A stretch of DNA of 62,997 nt, counting the filler, from Rhabdomonas costata (taxonomy: Eukaryota): assembly GCA_019059605.1 (NCBI GenBank). It is 45 parts of 45 records of this genome, joined end to end, with 100 filler letters (N's around TTAATTAATTAA, not from the genome) between each part and the next. Parts side by side here need not be neighbours in the genome. Positions count along the whole stretch, not along the records: positions 11,224 to 12,526 come from JAHMHO010020011.1; positions 12,627 to 13,929 come from JAHMHO010020012.1; positions 14,030 to 15,332 come from JAHMHO010020013.1; positions 15,433 to 16,735 come from JAHMHO010020014.1; positions 16,836 to 18,141 come from JAHMHO010020015.1; positions 18,242 to 19,544 come from JAHMHO010020016.1; positions 19,645 to 20,947 come from JAHMHO010020017.1; positions 21,048 to 22,350 come from JAHMHO010020018.1; 37 more parts are not named here. The stretch is one strand, 5' to 3'. Of this stretch, positions 12,197-23,612 are shown one piece after another. Under the pieces are notes generated by a model. That model was not told where the DNA came from, did not search any database, and saw nothing but the letters and a program-made list of their open reading frames with translations. The translations under genes and the position numbers were made by a program. Position 1 is the stretch's first letter. Each line of letters starts with the position of its first letter.

Positions 12197-15100
12197 GTGT
12201 GCCGTTCTACCTCCCTCCACTGCTCTCAAATGTTCAGTCCTTCTGCGTGATTCCTTCCTTGTGAGGTAAAGTGCATGCCTTCTCTTGACACCGGGTCGAA
12301 CCCAGATCTTGCGGATACTGCGGTGCTAAGGCACTCGTTTAACCCCTGTCGCTCGGTCCCACAACTGCAGCTCAAGCGCCGAAAGAGGTGAAAGTCAGAG
12401 TTTGAACGTGAAGCGTCCTTAGCGTCCTCATGTATTAGTGTGTGCAACGGGGCACATTTTCGAAAATGTTTGTCTTCACGTGGAATTTGCTCTGCTTTCT
12501 TGAGTTCTGTCGGTGTACCCACACACNNNNNNNNNNNNNNNNNNNNNNNNNNNNNNNNNNNNNNNNNNNNTTAATTAATTAANNNNNNNNNNNNNNNNNN
12601 NNNNNNNNNNNNNNNNNNNNNNNNNNGGGTGGCCCTTGGGCTCGCGCAGCAGAGAGAAAGGGACGAGCTGCACAACCGCCTGGCCTCGTCCGCCTCGGGA
12701 TGGGGTCCCTCCACCACAAAGCCTATTTGGGGAGCGAGGGAGAAAGACCGGGGTAAACCGGGAGGCCATATTTGTCCTTCCTTAAATTTTGGAAATCTCT
12801 GAGCGTAATAAATCATGGAACAATTGAGAAGGGGGAAGGTTTTAGCAGTGCGGCTTTGCGGGGCACCCCCTCCTCGCACACGTATTCGCGCTACCTTACA
12901 ACAGTACTAACTTGAACTGGAACCACCAATTCGACTGGTTGGGGTGGAGCTCGTTAGTTCTCAGCAGTGCCTTTTTCCCTTCTCCCCAATTCGCTCCTTT
13001 CCCCGCCGGCGCAAGGTTGCTCCCATACCTTTTCACATTACTCTCCATTGTCGTGATGGCTCTAGTCTCAGCTTACGGGCTCGGCTGATTCCCTCCTGAA
13101 ACTCTGAGTGGAAAGTGGTCGCCTTATAAGGAGGTTGAAGGGGCTCCTTGAACAAGTGATGATCAAAGAAAATCGAAGACCAGCTGTGGCTTTCCGGTAT
13201 TTTCCTCACTTTGTACCATACTACTGAATTTGCTTCATTGTGCGGTTCGGGCACACCGTATCAATTTTGCGTATCTTCAATGCGAGATACTTTTTATCCG
13301 GGAAAGATAACGGACACGTCTGGAGAACTACCCCGGCAGATTAACTTGCGCTAGGTGCATTGGACACTTCACTGCAGCACACTTCGGCCCTTGTTTTGGA
13401 GAGGTGTCACCTCACAACAGTTGCTGCTGATTCCATTCAAGAAGAAGAAGTTTCGTCCCAAGGAGTACTGGCCTCGAGCGCTTCAGCGAGTAAGCCCCGT
13501 TTGGTCTTCAATGGCGTCTCTGATGGGGTATGTACAAAAATGCTATTCGGCGTTGACCAATCAGTTCGCAGGCACGTGCGGAAGGTAAGTGAGGGAACTT
13601 CAGGACGGGAACGTCCGTCAGGACGTCAGGAGGGGAATTAAATACAAGGTGGTTCGCTTCCTCTGATTACATTTCTCATTCGTCATATGTCTCATTCGTC
13701 TCATGCTTTTTTTTTTGCACAGTAGCGCTCCCCACGCGCTTTTCCCTCGATCGGTACTCTAAAAGTCTCTTCCCCCCGACCATACACACTCTCTCTGAAC
13801 CTCTGTTCCTCTCGTCTGACACGAAAGAGAAAAGATGCTTCCCGCAGGAGCCACCCCGAAATGGCAGTACTACAACACCCGAACGGCACAGGTGGTGCCC
13901 CTCCCCCACACCCCACACACACCCAACACNNNNNNNNNNNNNNNNNNNNNNNNNNNNNNNNNNNNNNNNNNNNTTAATTAATTAANNNNNNNNNNNNNNN
14001 NNNNNNNNNNNNNNNNNNNNNNNNNNNNNTGTGGTTCGCCTCCGGCCCCGAGGTGTGCGCGAATTTTTCCCGGGGTGGGGTGGAGGGGGTGTTCGGCCGA
14101 GTCTATTTAAGTTGTCGGCATCGGGGCATCGCCGCAACTGTCGGGAGTCACCCCGAAAACAGGGCGGAATGCATTTCGCCCTACCAGGTGTCCTTTTAAA
14201 ATGTAACAATAATTCTTTTTGAATAAAATTAAGACATAGTATGGTTGTTGGGATGTGATGTTGGGTAGATCTTTTCCCTGTTCACTGGGTGCCCTCCCAT
14301 GACCATAGCGCCATGGTGCCGTTGCCAGGGACAGTGCCTGGCCTCAGACAGGCTTCGCCGTGGTGCATTTCTGCGAACTTATTTCCGCTTGGTAACGCTT
14401 TCGTTGGGCTAGGCTGGCGGATGTGAGTGCACAAGGACAAATCAGTGTCTTCTCTGAAATGTGTTAAGGGGGGGAATGGATTGCCATACTGCTGAGCGGG
14501 AGGTAAAGGGTAATGGAGAGCGTCGAATCCACGCTCTGTAGTAGCTTTCACTGCTTCTCACCGGAATTTTTTTCGAAATGAAACAGGCGGAGGAGCTGTG
14601 CGCGATGCTCTATGTGCAAAACAAGGCCCTCAAAATGAAGGAGCAGGACATGGCCGTTCTCCGGGATCGCAGGGTGCAACCCACCCCCTCCCTTTCCCCC
14701 GCACCATCACACTCTCACAAACACACACACTCCCAGACATAGTGCCACCATACCCGCTGCAGCTTTCACGTCTTCATTTTGATTGCAAACCAGTGTGCAA
14801 TGGTTCCGTAGTGCATGAGGGTCTGGGTCCAGCACCAGGCAGCTTCACCACGCTCATTTCAGTGCCACTCCGGTACTGACAGCAGCAGCAGCACTACTCA
14901 CCAAGCCGAATGCCCTGGATCAAAGTGATGAATGCTGGCGAACACAATTTTGGTTTTTCGCCTTGGGGTCGCTTAGTCAGTGGCGCTGCGTTCTGAATAA
15001 CTAGCATAAAAAACATTATAGGCCCAAAACAAGGGTACCCGTGAGATCTCTGCCGCAGAGCGCAAGCAGATGGAGCAGAAGTTGTATTTGGGGATGAAGT

Positions 15101-15774
15101 ATAACCTCCGCGACTTTGACAAGATTCTCGAGGCCTCCGTTAAGGAGGACCAGCCCTACCTTCCGGTCTGCTCTTGCTCCCTTTCCGCTGTCGTTGTTGT
15201 ATGCGCTGTGGGCAGGATGGATCTGGCAAGAAAAAGGAGCCCCCCCCCCAAAGATTTTCGACTGGCAGCGAGCAGCGGAGCTTGCCGAGAGACAGATGCA
15301 TCACGAGAGGAGGGGAGAACGGACCCCCACCCNNNNNNNNNNNNNNNNNNNNNNNNNNNNNNNNNNNNNNNNNNNNTTAATTAATTAANNNNNNNNNNNN
15401 NNNNNNNNNNNNNNNNNNNNNNNNNNNNNNNNGGTTTTTGTGCAGCTGGGGTGGTGTTCTTGAGAGGGAGTTTTTGTTTTTTATTTTTGTGCAGCCTTTT
15501 TTTCGCTCTTCATCGTTATGCCTTCTTGAGCAAGGTGCTACTTACACTCTCTTTGAACATTCCAGACAGTTTACAAGTTGTCTGCTTTTGAATGAAGCCG
15601 TGCTAGGTCAAACGATTCAACGAGTTTGCGCGTCCTTTCTGGGCGCCTTTATCCTCGGTTCTCGGTCCTCGGGGCGGTTGAGTAATCAGCACCGCCTCTC
15701 TCCACACACAAACCGGTGAAGCGCCCCCTTCCACCCTTCCGGCTGTGACGGAGTGGTGAGGAGCTCGGCACAAT

Positions 15775-16558
15775 ATGGGGCACAAGTTCAGCAAAGTCCT
15801 GCCTGTACCTGGGGCGGAGGATGACAAGGAGGACACCCCAGGGCTGTTTCTGGGCACCGTGGACTACATCGTGCAGAGCAGCATCCTCGCAGACCTGGGA
15901 ATTAAGGCAACCCCCTCTCCCTCTCACCCCTCGCCTGTCATTTTCCATACAGATGCACTGCTCCCAAACCGGGCCTCTCGCTTTTTTCTCTCCATGTGTC
16001 TCTCCCTTGGCGCCGTCCTTTTTTCCCTCGTCCCCCGCCTCTTTCCGCAAGTCCCCCACCACCACACTGTTTTCCACATTGGCATCTGCGCGCTTGCCAT
16101 GAATTTTTGATTGACTGATTGAAAAACACGCGCATGCTGATGTTGCCGACGAAGGCATTGTTTCGTTCTCGTCGGTTGGGTTGAATTCTATTGCGGTGGA
16201 ACCGCTCGGACTCCGAACCACGTGTAGCTTCACTTCTTTCTGAAACAGGTCACTTTCACTTTCTCGCAGCTTTTCTTGAAAGCAGACTAAGTTCTTCTGT
16301 TCTCCTTCCATCCCCTCATCGCCAAGCAAAACCATAAAAAACAGGCCGTGGTCACCCTGCTTAGCGAGGTTCCCCCGGAGACCTATCCGGTGCTGGAAGA
16401 GCGGGGCATCTCCAGCGAGGATCACCTCGCCTTCCCTTTAGAAGACAGCTCGGACCGCTTCTTGAGCCTATTCCATGGCTGCGGGGTGCTGGCCGTGGTG
16501 GACTTCATCCACCACCGCAGACTGCAGGGCAAGCCCGTGCTTGTCCACTGCGATGCAG
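15775..16558 (+). CDS. Dual-specificity protein phosphatase, first two exons
   Basis: Exon 15775-15906 (MG...PGLFLG...LADLGIK) and 16345-16558 (AVVTL...FPLED...FIH...GKPVLVHCDAG). The conserved GIK-AVV join needs a GC-AG intron at 15907-16344. Confidence 0.9.
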
Positions 16559-17544
16559 GTCCGGCTGATCCTGTTCCTTCCCTTGGGAAACAAGGGCCTG
16601 CCCCAGAGTGTGAAAAGTGTGAACAAATGCAGTGCCCATGTATTTAAGACATCATGTGCACTGCCCTTGACAGCGAAGAGTGGGCTTGTGAGTGTGCGCT
16701 GGGGACTCATGGGGCAGCCTTTGCAACCACAACCCNNNNNNNNNNNNNNNNNNNNNNNNNNNNNNNNNNNNNNNNNNNNTTAATTAATTAANNNNNNNNN
16801 NNNNNNNNNNNNNNNNNNNNNNNNNNNNNNNNNNNTTTTGTTTTTTGGATGGCGGCACCAAACAAAAAGCAAAAATAGACAATGTGCTGCAGAAAGGGTC
16901 GAAAACATGTGTTTACTAACGTCTTTTTTTGACAGCGCATGTATACCGGCGCAGAAAAACCGAAGTCTCATCGTTTTTCCTCTATATCCTCCTCCTCTCT
17001 TTTTCCTCTTTCTCCTCTTGTGGGCAGTATCGTTTCAGTTGTTTTGTCGCCGGAGCAGCTGCTAGAAATGTCAGCTTCGCACTCATTGGCTTCCGTCAGA
17101 ACAAAGGTGTCTTTTATCACAATTTTGAGTTTCTTACGTTATTCGCATTTGACCGCAATTGACGTGCATTTTGTTGCAAAAGTTGTTGCGTTTTCGGTTC
17201 CAGTGGTTTCTCATTTGCTCTTTTGGCATATTTGCGCTTATGTGTCGCTGTTGGCAGGGTGCCGATGTTCACCTGGGTGACATTTTTCCCGTGGCAAGCT
17301 CTGCGCGATTTACAAGCAATACTTTGCCTGCTCCTCACTCCAGTTCTGCCGGTATTTCGAATTGTGGTCTTTCTTATCGCCATTTAAACACGTGTATGTG
17401 ACACATTTCTCAACCTCTTTCTATACCAACCGATTTGAAGTGAATTCCCTTCCATTTTCATGCCTTCCCTTCATTCAAGCCCTTCCTCTCTCTTTTCTTG
17501 CTGCACCTCTGGGCCTCCGAACAAGCTCTACCCGCCCTCCCCAG

Positions 17545-17644
17545 TGCTGCACGGGTGGTGGTGGTGAAAGGTCCATCACCATCACCATCAACGGCCTCAG
17601 GAAGAACTCCAACAAGCAGGAAGAACTTCGCAGCGTTTTCGCAG
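17545..17644 (+). CDS. Possible RRM-domain exon
   Basis: CAG-bounded exon SITITINGLRKNSNKQEELRSVFA resembles an RRM beta1/alpha1; weak match. Confidence 0.3.
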
Positions 17645-18014
17645 GCCCACTGCACATACAAAAGACCCCGGGCCTGCTTCGGCTCCGCTACAAAAGCAAA
17701 AACAATCTCCATACTTTCAGCCACCCATCCTTTGACAGTAATTGCTTAATCGTTATGCTATATAGTCCAGCGAGTGTTCAGCGTACGCAAAAATAATTGC
17801 TTAAACATCCTGTGTCCATGTGTCTGAACAAACGTGCAAACGTATCCTGCCCCAGTGTTGCGATACTTCAGGTGGAAAAAAATTCGGAGGGGAAAACCAG
17901 CTTCAAAAATACCAGAAATACTACAGCAATACGAAAGCCACAGCGCAATGCGCTCAACGCACGCACACACACACACACATAGGTGTGTGTGTGTGTGTGT
18001 GTGTGCGTGCGTGA

Positions 18015-18141
18015 CCCGGGACCCGTGGGGCAGAAGGGAGGTTACCAGATGTGGAACGTTCGGTGGTGAGCCGATTTCGGTTCCCCACGGCACCGTTCGC
18101 TCCAACGGCACCTCTCGCGAGCACCCGTGGCCAACAGCGCG
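18015..18141 (+). repeat. Dispersed repeat family A, copy 1
   Basis: Shares CCCGGGAnCCGTGGGGyAGrAGGGAGGTTACCA...GGCACyGTTyGCTCC...TCTCGCGAGCACyCGTGGCCAACAGCGCG with 26312-26419. Confidence 0.9.
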
Positions 18142-19849
18142 NNNNNNNNNNNNNNNNNNNNNNNNNNNNNNNNNNNNNNNNNNNNTTAATTAATTAANNN
18201 NNNNNNNNNNNNNNNNNNNNNNNNNNNNNNNNNNNNNNNNNGGGTGGGTGCAAGTCTGAGTCGCACATATAGCTGGGGAAGCAGGATGGATGTTTGGGAA
18301 AATCATTTTTTCGGTAACAGGCTGCTGAAGGTGAGACAGACTTTGACCCGCTTCTTTTTCTGCTCACAGGGATTCTGCCTCCAGGCATTCTGCCGGGGTT
18401 TGTCGACGAGTACGGCCCGTATGACCCGCTGCCCACTGCGAAGCTCTGCGTTTGTCGACTGATATTACTCGAGACCTTCTATCGGTGGGATATCAGTCAG
18501 CCTTACATAACACTCTGCTTGATACATTATGATTCATGAGTGCCTTTTTTTTTTCGCTTTTCAACGTGTATTTGCTGCATTAGGGTGGTGGGTTATCGGG
18601 CCTAATCCAACGAATATGACTGTGCAGCGGCAGTGACGTTGACTTTTGCCATGAATGCTGCATCATTATTGTTGACATGCTGCTCCCTAGGGCTTTCGCT
18701 GATCGCCTCATCTTTTAGGAAAAAGGTTGCAGTCCTATTGACAGCATGAGGGTGACAATAGAAAACGAATGGGAAACGAATAGAATGAATCGTGGCGCAC
18801 GCCAGGTTTATGTTAATTGAAATGGTCCTGGTTATCAGATTTTTACCAGTGCTGAGAGAATCGATGCCGTTTTGTTGGAGTTATGTCAGACTCCCTGTGT
18901 CTTGCGGGACTTTGCCTTTGCACAATATTTATAGAGAAGATTTTAAAGAGGAGGCCTGAAGGTGAACGGACCTGCTGCGCAGCGTTTCGGAAAGCTTGTT
19001 TCGGCTTTGCGCTCGTCTACGTTCTTTTCTTCACGAGTGCTTGATTCAGACACAACTACACCAAGAGGGGCGAGTGTCATTGATTGAATGAGATGCTTTC
19101 GCTTGTGCACAGTGTCTTTTTCTTTTTCTTTTTGTTATTATGGCCGCCTTTGTGAGCTTCGGGGTTGTTCCGGGTTATGGCGGGGATGCCGCGGTGGTTT
19201 GCTTGCCGTCGTTGCAGCGCGCAGAAGAGGAGCTTCAGCGCTGCTTCCCAGAGTTTGCCGAAATTGTATGCATCAAATATCGCCTTCTTTTTCTGTGGCG
19301 GTTGCTCTTTCGTCTCACCCGACGCAACGAGCAAGAGGGGACGTCTTCCGTTGAAACAAAACCTGCACATCACAACAGTGTACCAAAGCGTCACGTGCGG
19401 CCGGTTTCTGTCCCCGGTCCACACACACCAATTGTACAAGACACAGTGGTCACCCGTTCCCGACCCAACCGCCTTCGTGGCCAGTATTTATTGCGAATGA
19501 GCACCCTGGGACCGCGCGCGGTGTACTAGCGGTAACCCCACACANNNNNNNNNNNNNNNNNNNNNNNNNNNNNNNNNNNNNNNNNNNNTTAATTAATTAA
19601 NNNNNNNNNNNNNNNNNNNNNNNNNNNNNNNNNNNNNNNNNNNNTTGTGTGGGGTCAATTTCTTCACTGGATCAGTCGAAGCTCGCTGCTCCACTGCTCC
19701 ACTGACCCAGTGAAGAAATTGACCTCACACCAGAGGAGCGTCACGAGATCGTCAAGAGTCTGGAATTTTGGTAATTTTCCAGCAGTGGCGGAAAAGACAC
19801 TGATTGGGCTGATACTACACCCCTCTCAAAAGTCGATCCCGGCAGGTGC

Positions 19850-20932
19850 GTGCCGCATGTAGCCACCGCACATGTACCAGACGATATCACTCGACTGTTT
19901 GAGGAGTTCAGAGATGTCTTCCAAGACAATCCTCCAGCAGGACTTCCACCATCCAGATCGGCAGCTCACATAATTGACATTGAACTCAGTACGAAGCCTC
20001 CGGCACACTGGTTGTACCGAATGTATCACGCTGATCAGAAAGAGTTCCGGAAGAAACTCGAAGAGCTGATAGAATCCGGTAGTATCCGACCGTCTATGAG
20101 TCCATTCGGAGCAATCGTCATGCTACTAGACAAGAAGGACAAGTCGCGTCGAATTGTCATTGATTACTGTGCCCTGAATCGAATCAATGTCAATGAAAAG
20201 TACCAGCTTCCGAGAATCAATGGAATGTTTAGCGACATCTCGCTACTTCACGAAGATGGACTTGTCGATTTGTTTTTACCAGATTTGAATCCGCGCAGGA
20301 GAAGAGTACAAGACAGCCTTCAAGACAAAGTTCGGCTCTTTCGAATGAACCGTGATGCCATTAGTATTAGCTAATGCCCTAGCCACATTCCAGCGAACGG
20401 TGGAATTTGCCTTTGCTGACATAAATCAACTCACAGACATCCACGTTTACGACATTGTTTTTATTTCGGAAACATACGAGGAGCACCTGAACCACCTCCG
20501 GCGAGTTCCGAGAGTAGCTCTTTGTAAAGCTAAGTAAGTGCTCTTTCGAACAGCAGGAAATCGAATTCGTCGGTTACATTGTCGGCAGCCTATGTATCCT
20601 CCATGTTCCGGAAAATTGTAGTCAAAATCGGAGTGTAATACCCATCGAAACGTCAAAAACTCCAGATTTCTTCTCGGAATTTGCGGATTCTACCATCAAT
20701 TCTTCCCGCAGTTTTCGACTGTAACTACCACCATCACCAATTTGCTGGCAAAGAAGAAGCCATGGCACTTTGGATCATCCAAACAGCAAGCATTCATTGG
20801 ACTGAAATCCTAACTCCTGCGTATGTCGTCTTGGACTTTCCGCACCAGAACAAACCATTTATTCTCTACACAGATGCTTCAGACACCGGAGATGTCTGTC
20901 AACACGCCAAAGGCGATCATCACAAGCCTTGA
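19850..20932 (+). mobile_element. Decayed Ty3/gypsy LTR-retrotransposon pol (RT and start of RNase H)
   Basis: EFRDVF..PPAGLPP.R...H.I, IRPSMSPFGA.V.L..KKD...R.VIDY.ALN, LPRI, MPL.LANA.ATFQR, PFILYTDASD spread over several frames with stops. The YxDD region is degenerate (HVYDI). Confidence 0.93.
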
Positions 20933-22450
20933 GGACTGATGGAACGANNNNNNNNNNNNNNNNNNNNNNNNNNNNNNNNNNNNNNNNNNNNTTAATTAAT
21001 TAANNNNNNNNNNNNNNNNNNNNNNNNNNNNNNNNNNNNNNNNNNNNTTTGTTGTGGGCTCCGTCCACCCCACTTCCTGATTGTAGTGAGGTCAAAGTCA
21101 CAATAAAGTTTGCTATCAAATTTAAAAAAAGGCGATTCCAACAACACAAAGACATTTTGCTCGTCGCCATTGGCGTCGCTGAGTTGTGGGATGCAGCAAA
21201 ATTAGAATTTCAGGTTGTGTCTTGGTTTTTGATGAGCCTCAAAGTTTAGGAACTCATGGCGAACGTGATGAAATTTACGTGCTTTTAGTGTTAGCCTTTA
21301 AATCTATTGCGGAGGAGTTTTCGCTTAGGATTTCGGGCTCCTTCACTTTAGAATTCACTCGTGTTTGGGGTGTGTGTTCGCACTGAAAGTTCTGTGAAGA
21401 ACTGCCTTGACCAAACGCTTTGCAACTGTGCAACGCAAGCTGTCAATCTGAGCAAGCTTCAACATCTGTCAAAGTGGTTAAAGTGGTTGAGGGCGTGGAC
21501 TCACACTTGCGCGACACCTCTAATACCTAACAACAGCCATCTTCCGGAATAGTAAACGTGTAGGTACATCAATTATACTTTTGCAGTTGGAGGGGGCGAT
21601 GTGCCTGACAATGTTCCTCCCTCATAATTGGGAGGTATCCAGGCTTGTGAAGGATTTTGAAATTGCGAAGGGAAGGAAGCTCCAAAGCACACTTGTTTTT
21701 GACTGGAAAGCAAATACGTACTCGGAAGGAAGGGAAACGGTCAATGCGGCTTGCCCAGGCAGGCTTATTCTACTGTTCTCTGAGAAAGGGTCCAGGTAAT
21801 TGCCTGCGGTAGTAGCATCTTGCCGGACCCAATTCAAAACATAGAGAAAAGCGTTCTGAGAAAGGGGAAGCGTAAAAAAAAAAAGCATGGAGGCGCCTTT
21901 CGGGCGTGTCGTCGTAAAAGAGCACGCAACAGTGCATTGCCAGGGAGCACGTGAGAGTGGTGGATGTTGGGCGGAACACCAACCCCAGACCACCTCGAAT
22001 CTTCTTTCTTTCCTTTTCTACGCTTCGCTGCGGCACAGGCACAGGAGTTGTTGCAGAGTGATCTAAGAAGCCCCGAAGGATCATCGCGCCGTCCCTTTGG
22101 CGACCACTATGTGAGGACGGCAGCGCTCCCGACCAGTGGTTTGTGTGTGAACGAGTTCAGCACCAGCGCCCTGGACGAGACTTTGCCTCCTCCAGAGCAA
22201 AAGTTGCGTAAACTTCCTTCTCTGGAGCCCACGCGGGGGAGTGGCTAGACACCCAAAGATCGGTAGAACCTTCTTCGCTTATCCAACAAGTGCCCCCTGT
22301 GCGGAAGCTTGCAGGACGATTTCGGTGACCACGTCGTGTGCTCAAGCATTNNNNNNNNNNNNNNNNNNNNNNNNNNNNNNNNNNNNNNNNNNNNTTAATT
22401 AATTAANNNNNNNNNNNNNNNNNNNNNNNNNNNNNNNNNNNNNNNNNNNN

Positions 22451-23612
22451 GTTGGGGGGTGGTCAGCAGCATCGCGCAGAACTCGCGGTTCTCGAACCTC
22501 CCCAGAATGTTCTCCAGCCACTTCTCCTTGGTGATGGTCATCAGGCTGTAGTCGTCGCGGTGGCCCAGCCCACAAGTGAGGTCCTGCACATCGGGGAAAG
22601 GGCGTACGATCAAAGCATGCTCACACCTGAAGGAAGGACGCAGCACTGCTTGTAGCGCATTTGCTTGGAAAGCTTGAAAAGCTGAAAGGACGTGGCCAGG
22701 CAGCTCGGAGTTCACAGTAACACAACAGTAAACTCGTTGCTGTCACACCGGCGTGCAGGTGACCGGACGGTGTGCCAGCCTACAGTTCTTTCTCTTATCA
22801 AAGCCCAAGCCCGATGTATGGCCAGCGCCAGACCGAAAGGGTAGTGACCCAGTTATCAAATCGCGAAAATCAACGGAGGGCAGAAAGATGCAGAGAGGTC
22901 AACGGGGGAAGGGGGTGAACAGTCAGCATCTAGCATGCACCATTCAGCTTCGGAAGAAAAGCAGCGAAATGCAGCAAACCTCAAAGACGCGCTCAGGAAG
23001 AAAGCCCAGTGTGGGGAGCTGCAGCGCCCCGTATGAGCCCTGCAGCTTGGCATAAACCTGATCCGGTGCGCACGCAAAAGCACATATCAAAAAGTATACG
23101 CCCACGCACACACCCTCACAAGCAGCGGTTGGTACAGGTGACGAGGCCGATGCAGGAGTAAACACGAATTTTCATTTCGCCCCAAAGACCCAAAAGCCGT
23201 AAAGAAAACCCAAGAAGCCAGTTGGTTATAAAGCAAAGCATCAAAGCCCCCAAGAAAACAAAAGGAGGAATTCATTTGCAAAGCAAACAAGAGCAGCACA
23301 ATGTTTCACCAGGAATGAGAGATATCCTTGAAAATCATCAACGGAACACACTGGAAACAGCAGACACCAGCAAATCTTATACACCAATGCCACGGTGGGC
23401 CGCATAAGGAGTGTACGGGGCCGTTGCCCCCCCCCCGGGGGGGGGGGTGAGAGAGAGTGTGTGTGAGAGAGAGAAACAAAGGGGAGAGCCATGTGCCGAC
23501 CTTCTCCAGGATGATTGGCCAAAGCTCGGAGTTCGATTCCGTGTGCAGGGAGGCCAGCTCGCCCGTGGATTGCAATACAGGCACAAAGTCATCCACGACG
23601 ACAAAGTACCAC
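22451..23612 (-). CDS. Calpain-like (CysPc domain) protein, three exons
   Basis: Exons 23612-23501 (WYFVVVDDFVP...ELWPIILEK), 23057-22980 (VYAKLQGSYGAL...FE), 22583-22451 (DLTCG...). The join gives the calpain signature LEKAYAKLxGSYxAL...EDLTGG. Confidence 0.92.

Noticed and set aside
14924-14996. GTGATGA...CTGA as a box C/D snoRNA (similar pair near 46340-46381)
   Set aside because: No convincing terminal stem or recognisable rRNA guide; such short motifs are common by chance.
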